A stretch of 64,000 nucleotides of DNA from the NCBI GenBank assembly GCA_964553015.1, contig CAZKJE010000001.1, positions 94,278 through 158,277 of the forward strand, read 5' to 3'. This document shows positions 46,281-56,298 of the stretch, in pieces. This stretch comes from an uncultured Candidatus Saccharibacteria bacterium (lineage in GTDB: Bacteria > Patescibacteriota > Minisyncoccia > Phycocordibacterales > UBA9973). The notes under the pieces were generated by a model that made no database searches, was not told where the DNA came from, and saw only the letters and a list, made by a program, of their open reading frames with translations. Numbering within the stretch: position 1 is the first letter of the stretch; every line of letters starts with the position of its first letter. The position numbers were made by a program, and so were the translations under genes.

Positions 46281-46793
46281 TTATTTTGTAAACTTAAAGG
46301 TTGAAAGAATTTGATCTATTATTGGCTCTGCTTCTTTTGTTTTATCTTGGTTAAAGGTAAAAGTTTGTATATACCAATTCTGGTCTTTCTCAAATTGTAC
46401 GAAAACTTGAGTCATATTGTCCCACATTCCTTCCGAGATTGTAATTTCTTCTGCATTAAATCCTGCGACTGTTACTGAGGTTTTTGATAAATCCATCCCT
46501 TCGGCAACGATTTTTTGTGGTTGCACCAAAACACCATAGGTCTGACAATATAGAGGGTATATTCCGCCTCCATCTAAAAGCGTTTTACAGCCTTCTGATC
46601 TGAGAGAAATACTTGAATCGCCAGACTTGTGAAACTCAAAATAATTTTCAGGATACTTCACCTCGAATCCATATCGAGCATTAATAAAGGTTTTCCAATC
46701 TGAATTTTTTGACCATGTGAAGTACCCACCTAACCCAAGAAGGATAATAATGCCTCCAATTAAAACTAGATTCGCAAAACCTTTTTGACCCAT
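46281..46793 (-). CDS. Hypothetical membrane-anchored protein
   Basis: N-terminal TM (LVLIGGIIILLGLGGYF), no motif. The ORF-track start at 46856 would overlap the rpoC 3' end, so the internal Met at 46793 is used. Confidence 0.45.
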   Translation of the reverse strand: MGQKGFANLVLIGGIIILLGLGGYFTWSKNSDWKTFINARYGFEVKYPENYFEFHKSGDSSISLRSEGCKTLLDGGGIYPLYCQTYGVLVQPQKIVAEGMDLSKTSVTVAGFNAEEITISEGMWDNMTQVFVQFEKDQNWYIQTFTFNQDKTKEAEPIIDQILSTFKFTK

Positions 46794-46827
46794 ATTGTTT
46801 TTAGTTAAATTGTTAATAACCAAAAAA

Positions 46828-49800
46828 CTATTCTTCGCTTTGAGCTTCTGCTGCAATTCTTTCCTTAAAACCAGTACCAGCCGGAATCAATCGTCCGATG
46901 ATGACATTTTCTTTTAGTCCTCGAAGGTTATCCACTCCGCCTTTTACGGCATTTTCAATAAGCACGCGGTTAGTGTTCTGGAAGGATGCCGCAGAGAGCC
47001 AGCTCTTGGTTCGAAGCGATACTTCGGTAATACCAAGTACCACTGTTTCCGCTGTAGCTTTTCTGCCGCCGATCTCTTCTACTCTCAAATTTTCTTCGAT
47101 AAAAGCAGTATTTTCAACTATGTCTCCGATAGAGAAATTTGTTTCGCCGGCATCTTTTATTTTTCGGCGTGAGAACATCTGGCGAATAATTATTTCTGTG
47201 TGTTTGCGGGAAATAGAAGCGCTCTGAAGCTCATACACTTTATTTATTTCTTCAATAATATATTCTTCGACAAGTTCCTTGCCTCCAAGCCTGAACATTT
47301 CGGCAATGTCTGCGGATCCGTCGGTAAGAAGCTGGCCCTTTTTGACTTTATCTCCTGCTTTTACGATCGGAGTTCGGCGGAAGGCGACTATGTATTCCAT
47401 TTCGTTCTTCTTATTGTCAATTTTGCCGTCTTCTTTCAGGCCTGCTTGCGCAGACAGATCAGACAAAACTTTTATAACTTTTTCTTTGCTGTCTTTTGCG
47501 GTTATAGAAAGTACTTCGCCGTCTGTCTCGGAAATAATTGCAGGATTTTTTGGAATTCGTCTCTCGAATATCTCCTCGACTCGGGGTAAACCAGTAGTTA
47601 TGTCAGTTCCGGCGACACCTCCGGCGTGGAAAGTACGAAGTGTAAGCTGAGTTCCCGGTTCGCCGATAGCTTGGGCGGCGATGATTCCGACAGCTTCGCC
47701 CGGCTCTACCACGTGGTTGCGGCCTAAGTCTAGACCATAGCACATCACACACAGGCCATGCACCGTTTTACAAGTGAGCGGAGATCGCACGAATACTTCG
47801 GTAAACCCTTCTCCTTCTATGTTGTAAGCTTCTTCTTTAGTTATTAGGAATCCTCTCTTGTAAGCGACTTTGCCCGATGAATCTTTAAGGTCAGCGGCAA
47901 GCACGCGTCCGCGGATATTTTTTGACAGAGGAATTTCAATTCCGGAAATGTTTTCCCTTGAAACCATCTTGCCTTCTTTTGTACCGCAGTCTTCTTCGGT
48001 GATGACCACGTCGTGAGCGACATCCACCAATCTTCGGGTCAAGTATCCGGCTTTGGCAGTGTTAAGCGCGGTGTCAGATGCTCCTTTTCGAGCTCCGTGC
48101 GTGATAATGAAATATTCTATCGGAGAAAGACCTTCCTGATACGAAGGGATAATCGGGAATTCCAAAATTTTACCCTGGTTGTTCTGGATAAGACCGATCA
48201 TGCCCGCCATCTGCACGAGGGATCCCATGTTTCCTCTTGCTTTGGAAGTAAATAGGTCGTAAGCCGAGCCGTTTTTATCAAGCGTAGCTGGTAAAACTTT
48301 TTCCAAGCTTTTTTTTGTGCGAGTCCAGATCTCTATTATTTTCTGATATTTTTCCTCTTCAGAAAGAAGACCTTCGCTCCATTCGGAAACGACTTGCTCT
48401 TCATGTTTTTTGCTGTCACTTATAATCTGCTTTTTTTCTTCGGGCACTTTTACATTGTCCAGTCCCCAGGTAGTTCCTGAAACCGTGGAATATTGAAATC
48501 CGAAGGATTTGATTTTGTCTAAGATTGCCGGAGTGTTATCTACGCCAGAGTGAACTATGAGCTCGTCTAATAAGGCAATCAGTCTGTCCTGAGTCATTTC
48601 ATCATTAACATAAGAGAAATCAGTCGGCAATATGCTGTTAAAGAGAAGCTTGCCGACAGTGGTATCAAAAATTCCGCCGTCAAATTTTCTGTATTTTTCA
48701 GAATCAGTCGCAAGAACTTTTATTTTTGCCCGCAAAGTTATAACTCCATATTCGTATGCAGTGATCGCTGTGTTTGGGTTTGAGAAATATTTTCCTTCGC
48801 CTGTTTCTCCGTCAACAACTTTGGTCATCCAGTAACTTCCGAGCACCATGTCCATACGAGGGTTCACTATCGGCTCGCCGTTTTGAGGCTTTAGGAGGTT
48901 TTTGTTTGAGGCCATGAGCTCTTGTGCTTCAGACTGAGCTTCTTCAAGTAAAGGCACGTATACTGCCATCTGATCGCCGTCAAAGTCGGCATTGAAAGCC
49001 TGACAAACGAGAGGGTGAACCTGAATAGCATTTCCTTCGATAAGAATCGGATTAAAAGCCTGAATACCGAGCCTGTGCAAAGTCGGCGCGCGGTTTAAAA
49101 GCACATATTTTCCTTCGATAACTTCTTCGAGCATCGCCCACACTTCCGGAGTTCTCTCTTCTATGAGCTTGTTTGCTCCGCGAATGTTGAATGCAAGTTC
49201 TGCTAAAAGTATTTTTGAAATTACGAATGGGCGGAACAGTTCGAGCGCCATATGCTTTGGAAGTCCGCATTGATTAAGCTTAAGCTGTGGACCGACGACA
49301 ATAACCGAACGTCCGGAGTAATCCACCCGCTTTCCGAGGAGGTTTTGTCTGAACAAACCTTGTTTTGATTTTAGGTTGTCAGACAGAGATTTGAGCGGAC
49401 GCTTCTGGGACTGGCTCATTGCAGCAGAATCGTTCTGCTTGGCGATAGAGTTGTCTATGAGCGCATCCACTGCTTCCTGAATAATTCTTTTTTCATTTCG
49501 AAGAATGACGTCCGGAGCATTTATTTCTTTAAGTTTCTTTAAGCGATTATTTCGGTTTATAACTCGGCGATACAAGTCGTTCAAATCTGAAGTCGCATGC
49601 CGTCCTCCGTCTAAGGCGACCATCGGGCGCAAAACCGGCGGGATAACAGGAATAACAGTCAGAAACATCCATTCCGGCCTGATACTTGCATACGTCATCG
49701 CCCGGATAAGAGAAAGTCTTTTCTGTAATTTTTCTTTGTCAGCGGTGCTTGCTTTCTCAAGCATCTTTTCGGTAAGAGTTTTCAGCTTGCCGAGATCAAG

Positions 49801-50472
49801 ATTCTTGAAAATGGAGTAGATAGCCTCGGCGCCGATATTTGCCTCAAAACAGGTGCCGTATTTCAAAGAATAATGATGAAAAGAAATTTCGTTTAAAACT
49901 TTTCCTTCGTAGATTTCTCCAATTTCTTTTTTGGTGACTGAAAGAAGATTTTTTAGCTTCTCGCGAGTATCTTCGTCGGCGGCGTTTTTTAGCTTAGATT
50001 TAAATTCTTTATCCAAGCCGGACAAAATAGTTTCTTTTTCGTCTTCGTGAACTTTGGTGATTATATATCCGGCGAAGTAAATAACTTTTTCAAGATCAGA
50101 GACAGAAATATTTAGAAGTATGCTCATGCGGGATGGCACACCTCGCAGAAACCAGATGTGAGACACGGGAGTAGAAAGCTCTATATGGCCCATGCGCTCG
50201 CGGCGAACAATAGAACGAGTAACTTCGACTCCGCACTTCTCGCAGATGATATCTTTGTAGCGGATTCGGCGATATTTTCCGCAGTAGCATTCATAATCTT
50301 TTTCCGGTCCGAAAATTTTCTCGTCGAAAAGGCCTCCGCGCTCGCTTCGGCCGGTGCGATAATTTATCGTTTCAGGCTTGGTGACTTCTCCAAAAGACCA
50401 TTCCTTTATCTGCTCAGGGCTTGCAAGCCGGAGAGCAATTCGATCAAATTCAGTTGTGTTTAGTGTTTTCAT
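46828..50472 (-). CDS. rpoC: DNA-directed RNA polymerase subunit beta'
   Basis: Zn-binding CYCGKYRRIRYKDIICEKCGVEV, catalytic NADFDGDQMAV, bridge-helix and trigger-loop regions. 1214 aa. Confidence 0.97.
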   Translation of the reverse strand: MKTLNTTEFDRIALRLASPEQIKEWSFGEVTKPETINYRTGRSERGGLFDEKIFGPEKDYECYCGKYRRIRYKDIICEKCGVEVTRSIVRRERMGHIELSTPVSHIWFLRGVPSRMSILLNISVSDLEKVIYFAGYIITKVHEDEKETILSGLDKEFKSKLKNAADEDTREKLKNLLSVTKKEIGEIYEGKVLNEISFHHYSLKYGTCFEANIGAEAIYSIFKNLDLGKLKTLTEKMLEKASTADKEKLQKRLSLIRAMTYASIRPEWMFLTVIPVIPPVLRPMVALDGGRHATSDLNDLYRRVINRNNRLKKLKEINAPDVILRNEKRIIQEAVDALIDNSIAKQNDSAAMSQSQKRPLKSLSDNLKSKQGLFRQNLLGKRVDYSGRSVIVVGPQLKLNQCGLPKHMALELFRPFVISKILLAELAFNIRGANKLIEERTPEVWAMLEEVIEGKYVLLNRAPTLHRLGIQAFNPILIEGNAIQVHPLVCQAFNADFDGDQMAVYVPLLEEAQSEAQELMASNKNLLKPQNGEPIVNPRMDMVLGSYWMTKVVDGETGEGKYFSNPNTAITAYEYGVITLRAKIKVLATDSEKYRKFDGGIFDTTVGKLLFNSILPTDFSYVNDEMTQDRLIALLDELIVHSGVDNTPAILDKIKSFGFQYSTVSGTTWGLDNVKVPEEKKQIISDSKKHEEQVVSEWSEGLLSEEEKYQKIIEIWTRTKKSLEKVLPATLDKNGSAYDLFTSKARGNMGSLVQMAGMIGLIQNNQGKILEFPIIPSYQEGLSPIEYFIITHGARKGASDTALNTAKAGYLTRRLVDVAHDVVITEEDCGTKEGKMVSRENISGIEIPLSKNIRGRVLAADLKDSSGKVAYKRGFLITKEEAYNIEGEGFTEVFVRSPLTCKTVHGLCVMCYGLDLGRNHVVEPGEAVGIIAAQAIGEPGTQLTLRTFHAGGVAGTDITTGLPRVEEIFERRIPKNPAIISETDGEVLSITAKDSKEKVIKVLSDLSAQAGLKEDGKIDNKKNEMEYIVAFRRTPIVKAGDKVKKGQLLTDGSADIAEMFRLGGKELVEEYIIEEINKVYELQSASISRKHTEIIIRQMFSRRKIKDAGETNFSIGDIVENTAFIEENLRVEEIGGRKATAETVVLGITEVSLRTKSWLSAASFQNTNRVLIENAVKGGVDNLRGLKENVIIGRLIPAGTGFKERIAAEAQSEE

Positions 50473-50495
50473 ATATTTTTATTATTCTGAATTAG

Positions 50496-53400
50496 TTAAA
50501 TTTTATCTCCAGACTTTTTCAAGTCCACATCAAGCGCGAGACCTCTCAGATAATTCAAAAGCACATTGAACGACGCCGGAGAATTTGGCGGCCTGATAGT
50601 TTCATTTTTGATAATGGAATCGAAAGTCGCCGATCTTCCGAGGATGTCGTCAGATTTGATGGTAAGCATTTCGCGAAGAGTATAAGCCGCGCCGTAGCCT
50701 TCGAGAGCCCAGACTTCCATTTCTCCGAATCTCTGTCCTCCGCCCTGCGCTTTACCGCCGAGAGGCTGCTGAGTGATGAGCGAGTAGGGACCAATTGACC
50801 TCATGTGGATCTTGTCTTCCACCATGTGGTGCAATTTTAGCATGTACATATATCCGACGGCGACGTCCTGCTGAAAAGCTTCTCCGGTTCGTCCGTCAAA
50901 CAGCTGTAACTTTCCGTTTTCTGGAAGTCCGGCTTTTACCAACTCTTCTTTTATCTCTTCCTGTTTTGCCCCGAGGAATGGGGGTACGATTGCCTGATAG
51001 CCGAGAGTGTTTGCGGCCATGCCGAGATGCATTTCCAAAATCTGTCCTAAGTTCATACGAGAAGGAACGCCGAGCGGAGAAAGTATGATATCTACAGGAG
51101 TACCATCTGCTGTGTACGGCATATCTTCTTCCGGAAGGATTGTAGATATGACTCCCTTGTTTCCATGGCGGCCAGAAAGTTTGTCTCCGACGGAAATATT
51201 TCTGATCTGGGCCACTTCTATAACTATCTTTTTGATGATACCCGCTTCAAGAGTGTGTCCAAGATCTCGGGAAAATATTTTTACACCGATGATGCGTCCG
51301 CGCTTGCCGTGCTCCATGCGAAGCGAGGTGTCTTTCACATCGCGGGCTTTTTCAGCAAATATAGAGCGGAGCAGTCTTTCTTCCGGAGTGAGTTCTGTTT
51401 CGCCTTTCGGAGTAATTTTACCGACCAAGATATCATTTTCTCTGACTTCGGCGCCGATGCGGACGATACCGTCTTCATCAAGATCTTTCAGTTTCAGTTC
51501 ACCTACGTTTGGAATATCGCGAGTAGTAATTTCGGGCCCGAGTTTTGTATCGCGAACTATACAGGTAAATTCTTCCACATATACAGATGTAAATTTGCTT
51601 TTCTTTACAAGTCTTTCGGATACAACAATGGCGTCCTCGTAAGTAGAACCAGACCATGATAAAAATGCCACGAATATATTCTGTCCGAGTGATATCTGTC
51701 CGGCAACGGTACTGGAGGTGTCTGCAAGCACATCTCCCTTTTTAATTTTATCGCCGACGTTTACTAAAGGACGCTGGTGAAACACTGCGAAGTTGTTATT
51801 TCGGAGAAAGTTTACGAGATCATAGGTGTGTTCTTTCTTGCCTTCTATAACTATTTTCTTGGCATCAAGATATTTCACGACGCCGTCTTCCTTTGCGATG
51901 ATAAGTCTGCCTGAATCTTTCGAAGCTAGTTCCTCTACTCCAGTAGCCACAAGAGGCATTTCAGGAAGTACGCAAGGCACAGCCTGTTTCTGCATGTTAC
52001 TTCCCATGAGCGCGCGGTTTGCATTGTTATGTTCCAAAAACGGGATCATTGAAGTGGCGATAGAGAATGCTTGGTTTGGGGCAACGTCAATAAAATCTAC
52101 TTCGAGCGCTTTCACCATGCCGGGCTCTGTCTTGATACGAGCTTCCACTTTTTCTTTGGTTATTTTACCGTTCTCATCATAAGGAATACCGGCATGCGCT
52201 ATGTTGTATTTTTCTTCTTCTAGCGCATTTAGATACACTATCTCGCCGGTGATCTTGCCATCTTTAACTTTTGCATAAGGAGTTTCAATTATTCCGAAAT
52301 CATTTATCTTGGCATAAGTTGAAAGGTGTAAAATCAGACCGATGTTCGGACCTTCAGGCGTATGAATAGGACACACCCTGCCGTAGTGCGAAGGATGCAC
52401 GTCGCGGACTTCAAGTCCGGCACGCTCGCGGGTAAGACCGCCGGGCCCTAGGGCTGACAGCGTGCGCAAATGTTCCATCTCGTACAGCACGTTTTCCTGC
52501 GCCATGAATTGCGAGAGCTGGTTGGTGGTAAAAAATTCTTTGATGCGGGCCTGTAGCGGGCGCTGATTTATGATCTGGATCGGCATCGCGGTGTCCACAT
52601 CTATGATCGACATTCTGTCCTGAATGTTTCTCTTGATCTGCATCATACCGGTGCGAACTTTTTGCTGGAGAATTTCTCCGACAAAGCGCACGCGCCTCTG
52701 GCCCAAGTGATCTATGTCGTCCGCCTTGGCACCGGCCGTATTGTTTAATTCTATTATATGAGAAATTACGGTAACGAGATCCTCTTTGGAAATTGTTCGG
52801 CGGGCCATTTCTGCTTCACCCATAGATTTGCCGAACCTTTGATTAAATCTGAATCTTCCAACAGGCGAAAGATCGTAGCGTTCGGCAGTAAATAAAGAAT
52901 TTATAAATTCTTTGGCGTTTTCTGCTGTCGCCATGTCTCCGTCGCGGAGGCGCTTGTATATTTCTATATATGCATCGTTCAAACTTTTGAGGCCATCTTT
53001 CGCCAGAGAATTTTTTATTGTTTCCTGCGCAACTGCGTTCCCCTTGAAAGCTTCCATGATCATTTCGTTCGTCTCGTAGCCGAGTGCACGAAGAAGCGCG
53101 GTTGCCGGAAATTTTCTCTTTTTATCTATTCGTATATAAATCGCGCCGTCTGCTTCGGACTCCATTTCTATCCATACTCCGCGGGCAGGGATCATTTTCG
53201 CGCCGAAATATTTCTGTCCTTTTGACTCTGATTCAGTAAAGAATACTCCGAAACTTCTGGCAAGCTGCGGCACGATGACACGCTCGACGCCGTTTATGAT
53301 AAAAGTTCCATGCGGAGTCATGAGCGGCATCTCTGACATAAATATCTCCTGTTCTTTTACAGTACCTAAAATTTTATTCGTCAATTTTACCCGCGCCTTC

Positions 53401-53690
53401 AGAAGCCCTTGGTAAGAGAGCTTGTTTACTTTAGAATCATTTTCGTCAGTCTTGGATTCGCTTAAAGTAAAAGAAGTAAACTCCAATTGGAATTTTTTTC
53501 CGGAGTAATCTATGATCGGCGTGAATTCTTTGAAGACCTCGCTAATGCCGATCTCCACGAGCCACTTGAAGCTCTTCACCTGCGCCTCTATCAGGTTTGG
53601 AAATTGAACCAGGGGCTTTTTATACCTTGAAAAATACTTCTTTGGACGAGACGTTGCACTTATTTCTTTGGGCATATTGATTGAGTACAA
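50496..53690 (-). CDS. rpoB: DNA-directed RNA polymerase subunit beta
   Basis: 1064 aa. Canonical beta blocks (GRHGNKGVISTILPEEDMPY, FGEMEVWALEGYGAAYTLREMLTIKSDD). Immediately upstream of rpoC. Confidence 0.97.
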   Translation of the reverse strand: MYSINMPKEISATSRPKKYFSRYKKPLVQFPNLIEAQVKSFKWLVEIGISEVFKEFTPIIDYSGKKFQLEFTSFTLSESKTDENDSKVNKLSYQGLLKARVKLTNKILGTVKEQEIFMSEMPLMTPHGTFIINGVERVIVPQLARSFGVFFTESESKGQKYFGAKMIPARGVWIEMESEADGAIYIRIDKKRKFPATALLRALGYETNEMIMEAFKGNAVAQETIKNSLAKDGLKSLNDAYIEIYKRLRDGDMATAENAKEFINSLFTAERYDLSPVGRFRFNQRFGKSMGEAEMARRTISKEDLVTVISHIIELNNTAGAKADDIDHLGQRRVRFVGEILQQKVRTGMMQIKRNIQDRMSIIDVDTAMPIQIINQRPLQARIKEFFTTNQLSQFMAQENVLYEMEHLRTLSALGPGGLTRERAGLEVRDVHPSHYGRVCPIHTPEGPNIGLILHLSTYAKINDFGIIETPYAKVKDGKITGEIVYLNALEEEKYNIAHAGIPYDENGKITKEKVEARIKTEPGMVKALEVDFIDVAPNQAFSIATSMIPFLEHNNANRALMGSNMQKQAVPCVLPEMPLVATGVEELASKDSGRLIIAKEDGVVKYLDAKKIVIEGKKEHTYDLVNFLRNNNFAVFHQRPLVNVGDKIKKGDVLADTSSTVAGQISLGQNIFVAFLSWSGSTYEDAIVVSERLVKKSKFTSVYVEEFTCIVRDTKLGPEITTRDIPNVGELKLKDLDEDGIVRIGAEVRENDILVGKITPKGETELTPEERLLRSIFAEKARDVKDTSLRMEHGKRGRIIGVKIFSRDLGHTLEAGIIKKIVIEVAQIRNISVGDKLSGRHGNKGVISTILPEEDMPYTADGTPVDIILSPLGVPSRMNLGQILEMHLGMAANTLGYQAIVPPFLGAKQEEIKEELVKAGLPENGKLQLFDGRTGEAFQQDVAVGYMYMLKLHHMVEDKIHMRSIGPYSLITQQPLGGKAQGGGQRFGEMEVWALEGYGAAYTLREMLTIKSDDILGRSATFDSIIKNETIRPPNSPASFNVLLNYLRGLALDVDLKKSGDKI

Positions 53691-53792
53691 AAATTACGCT
53701 TAAAATATAACTATATTATAAGCCTTATAATGAAAACGAGGATTGCATCCGATACTCAATCAATGAATCTAAAGTAGCCTACTCTTTTTTTA

Positions 53793-54470
53793 CTAAGAAG
53801 TCAAGCGTTTTTTCCAATCTTCTATTTTTTTATGATTGCCGGAAAGTAAAACCTTTGGAACTCCATAGTTTTTAGATTTATATTTTAAAATTTCAGGACG
53901 GGTGTACACTTCGCTTGATGACACTCTTTCTTCTTCGAGCGATTCATATTTACCCAATATACCTTTTACTTGGCGGGAAATTGAATCTATTAGAATCATA
54001 GCTGGAAGTTCTCCGCCGGTAATGACATAATCCCCTATTGAAATTTCTTCTGCTTTCAATATTTTCTGTACTCGCGCATCTATGCCTTCGTATCTGCCAG
54101 AGATCATAATGATATCTGTGTATTTTTTCGCAGATTTTTTTGCATAGGCTGTGTCAAATTTCTTGCCGGATGGAGAAAAAAGAATTATTTTTATTTTTTT
54201 ATTCGTAATTCGTAATTTATAATTCGTAATTTTTCTTAAAGCTGCTTCAACGGCTTTAAGAACAGGTTCGGCGCGCATTACCATTCCTGGCCCGCCGCCA
54301 TATGGTTTGTCATCTACTGGCCGATAGTTATTTTTTGGGGCTTTGATAAAATCGCGGGGATTATAAAATTTTACGTCTATCAATTTATTCTTTATTCCCC
54401 GCCCGATAATAGACTCATGCAAATATGAATCAAAAATGTCCGGAAAAATTGTAATTATATGAAAACGCAT
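53793..54470 (-). CDS. trmD: tRNA (guanine37-N1)-methyltransferase
   Basis: MRFHIITIFPDIFDSYLHESIIGRGIKNKLIDVKFYNPRDF, DDKPYGGGPGMVM and SIGDYVITGGELPAMILIDSISR are canonical. Contains a short internal AT-rich tandem repeat at 54201-54231. Confidence 0.9.
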   Translation of the reverse strand: MRFHIITIFPDIFDSYLHESIIGRGIKNKLIDVKFYNPRDFIKAPKNNYRPVDDKPYGGGPGMVMRAEPVLKAVEAALRKITNYKLRITNKKIKIILFSPSGKKFDTAYAKKSAKKYTDIIMISGRYEGIDARVQKILKAEEISIGDYVITGGELPAMILIDSISRQVKGILGKYESLEEERVSSSEVYTRPEILKYKSKNYGVPKVLLSGNHKKIEDWKKRLTS

Positions 54471-54565
54471 CTGTATGTTTATTTACTTGTATTTATATCA
54501 CACATAAATTAGAAGAGCCATTAGGACAGCATAGCTCCCCTAATGGCCCTGATTTTTTTCGGCGT

Positions 54566-54766
54566 TCATCGCCGACGGAAAACCGCCCTGATGTACTGCA
54601 CGTTCGCGAGAACATTACGCGACCTGATATCTTGCTGTGCGCTGAGAAGGCACGAGCCTTCTCCTTCAGTCCACTCCTGTGCTTTCTTATGCCCCTGCCC
54701 AAGCAGACGCATGCAATACAACACAACTGCCACGGCAATGATGTACAGCACAATGGTTACCCACAT
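54566..54766 (-). CDS. Candidate 66-aa small membrane protein inside a GC-rich island
   Basis: AAGGAGGG lies 8 nt upstream of ATG at 54766. MWVTIVLYIIAVAVVLYCMRLLGQGHKKAQEWTEGEGSCLLSAQQDIRSRNVLANVQYIRAVFRRR has a TM helix and a charged tail. GC-rich codons (CTG/GTG/GCC) are atypical for this genome. A 9-bp-stem hairpin follows (54524-54554). Confidence 0.35.
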   Translation of the reverse strand: MWVTIVLYIIAVAVVLYCMRLLGQGHKKAQEWTEGEGSCLLSAQQDIRSRNVLANVQYIRAVFRRR

Positions 54767-54891
54767 GTCGTTGGCCCTCCTTAGGCCTTCCAAAAAAACT
54801 TTACCATAAAAAAACTAAAAGTCCATAAAAACAAAAACTCGGATCTCTCCGAGCCTTTGCTAAAGCCTAGCGCCTAATGCCTAGAGCCTAT

Positions 54892-55248
54892 TTATATTCC
54901 CTTCAATTCGTCCATTGCTTCATCCACAGTCTTCAGTGTTGAGGGAGCTTGCCCCATGCCGCTGCCGGTAGAAGTCATTCCGCCTTCGTGCCTCATGCTT
55001 CCGGCAGGCTCGTTGATCTTCAAATTAACGCGGGCATTATTCTTCATGCCGATGATGCGGAGCAAGGTGCGGATAGCTTTCGCGGTATTACCCATTCGTC
55101 CGATTATCTTGCCCATGTCGGCAGGATTTACGGTGAGAGTAATTAGTACGCCCATTTCGTCCACAGTTCGCTCTATCTTTACATCGTTTGGATTATCCAC
55201 GAGAGCTTTCACCACGTATTCCAAAAATATCTTATCTGCTTCTTCCAT
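54892..55248 (-). CDS. khpA: KH-domain RNA-binding protein KhpA (UPF0109/YlqC-like) with C-terminal extension
   Basis: VKALVDNPNDVKIERTVDEMGVLITLTVNPADMGKIIGRMGNTAKAIRTLLRIIG has the KH GXXG loop (GRMG). The position between rpsP and trmD is conserved. Confidence 0.8.
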   Translation of the reverse strand: MEEADKIFLEYVVKALVDNPNDVKIERTVDEMGVLITLTVNPADMGKIIGRMGNTAKAIRTLLRIIGMKNNARVNLKINEPAGSMRHEGGMTSTGSGMGQAPSTLKTVDEAMDELKGI

Positions 55249-55347
55249 AGTTTTAATAAAAATTAACTTTTATAATTTGCGCAGTCGTTCCGACTTTATA
55301 TACTGCATTAACTGTAATTATACTTCACCTCGCCATGGCGGGGCAAG

Positions 55348-55668
55348 TTATTTTTTTGCTTTAAGTTCTTTGCGTTTTACGGTAGGCTTTTTCTTTGGCA
55401 ATACATTTATTTTCTTTCCTGCTGTGACTTTGTCATGCACAAGAAAATTGTGCATCGTATCCGAAGGCTTTGCGCCTTTTGATATCCAGTACTTTATCCT
55501 GTCAGTATTCAAATTTTTCTTCTGTGCATCATCTTTGGCTTTAGGATTGTATGTGCCTAAAATTTCCAAAAACTTTCCGCTCTTAGTGCTGTTTTTGGAA
55601 TCAGTCAAAACTGCCCGAAAAGATGGATCGTTCTTCCTGCCTATCCTCTGAAGTCTTATTTTTAACAT
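55348..55668 (-). CDS. rpsP: 30S ribosomal protein S16
   Basis: MLKIRLQRIGRKNDPSFRAVLTDSKNSTKSGKFLEILGTYNPK is the canonical bS16 N-terminus. Confidence 0.9.
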   Translation of the reverse strand: MLKIRLQRIGRKNDPSFRAVLTDSKNSTKSGKFLEILGTYNPKAKDDAQKKNLNTDRIKYWISKGAKPSDTMHNFLVHDKVTAGKKINVLPKKKPTVKRKELKAKK

Positions 55669-55768
55669 TTTCTTAGCTTAACATAAATTGTTAAAAAGGC
55701 AACCTAAACGAGTAACGGCGTTGCTCAAGAGAAATCTCTCGAGCAACGCCGTCGATGTGATTTGGCCG

Positions 55769-56188
55769 TTACCATGTCCTGTTGGAACCCGATGATCCAC
55801 CCGTGATTCCGCCGGGAGGTCGGGTGGTTACCCGCGGACGACGCGAGGTCTGGTAAGTGGTGTTGTAACCACTTGAACCATAATACACCCTGCCGTAGTT
55901 CCCGCCGTAACAGTACGACGGAGCGAGAACCCAGCTCGCACATGGGTTGCGCTGAGCCTCGGCTGCTTGCGCCGAAGCTGCCGCCCTTGCGGCTTCGGTA
56001 GCACGTTGCGCCTCGAGTTTGGCAAGCTCGAGACAGAAAGCCCTGACATCTGAATCTTTGATGAGATTCCCCGCGCATAAGCGCGGAAGATTGATCAGAG
56101 TAGATTGCGGGTTGGCTGCTCGAGCCAATTCGCTCGATGCGCACCCCGTCACCAACATCACTGCTAGTACAACAAGGAACAGTTTCAT
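55769..56188 (-). CDS. Small lipoprotein encoded in a GC-rich island (Ala-rich helical segment, Gly/Tyr/Ser-rich tail)
   Basis: GGAG lies 7 nt upstream of the ATG. MKLFLVVLAVMLVTGCASS is a signal peptide with lipobox VTG-C. GC-rich codon usage unlike neighbouring genes. A 140-aa Ala/Gly/Tyr-rich product. A strong 11-bp-stem hairpin (55706-55744) follows. Confidence 0.5.
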   Translation of the reverse strand: MKLFLVVLAVMLVTGCASSELARAANPQSTLINLPRLCAGNLIKDSDVRAFCLELAKLEAQRATEAARAAASAQAAEAQRNPCASWVLAPSYCYGGNYGRVYYGSSGYNTTYQTSRRPRVTTRPPGGITGGSSGSNRTW

Positions 56189-56298
56189 CTCTCATCTCCT
56201 TTGAGAAGGGGCTCAAACTGCCTCCCCTAGCTCATTCTCTACAAGTATAGCACATTTCATTGCTATTGTCAATGTTAATTTGATGCTATAATTAAAGG

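Noticed and set aside
46828-53690. Numerous 60-210-aa ORFs on the plus strand inside rpoB and rpoC (e.g. 51007..51642, 51165..51659, 47200..47589)
   Set aside because: They are antisense to extremely well-supported essential genes and have low-complexity, motif-free translations. They are shadow ORFs.
53692-53759. Inverted repeat attgattgagtac ... gtactcaatcaat in the rpoB upstream region as a regulatory stem
   Set aside because: A 13-bp match with a 40-nt spacer in AT-rich DNA. Plausible but not distinguishable from chance without conservation data.
55328-55345. Hairpin cctcgccatggcgggg just 3' of rpsP as an attenuator or terminator
   Set aside because: Imperfect stem, a 2-4-nt loop and no following U-tract on the transcribed strand. 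Not convincing.
55725-56216. 163-aa alternative-frame ORF overlapping the lipoprotein gene
   Set aside because: The 55769..56188 frame has a Shine-Dalgarno site, a signal peptide and a lipobox. The overlapping frame is a GC-rich shadow ORF.
54480-56230. tmRNA (ssrA) hidden in the GC-rich islands
   Set aside because: No tRNA-like 3' end (GGTTCGAnTCC...CCA) and no tag-peptide frame ending in ..ALAA* on either strand.
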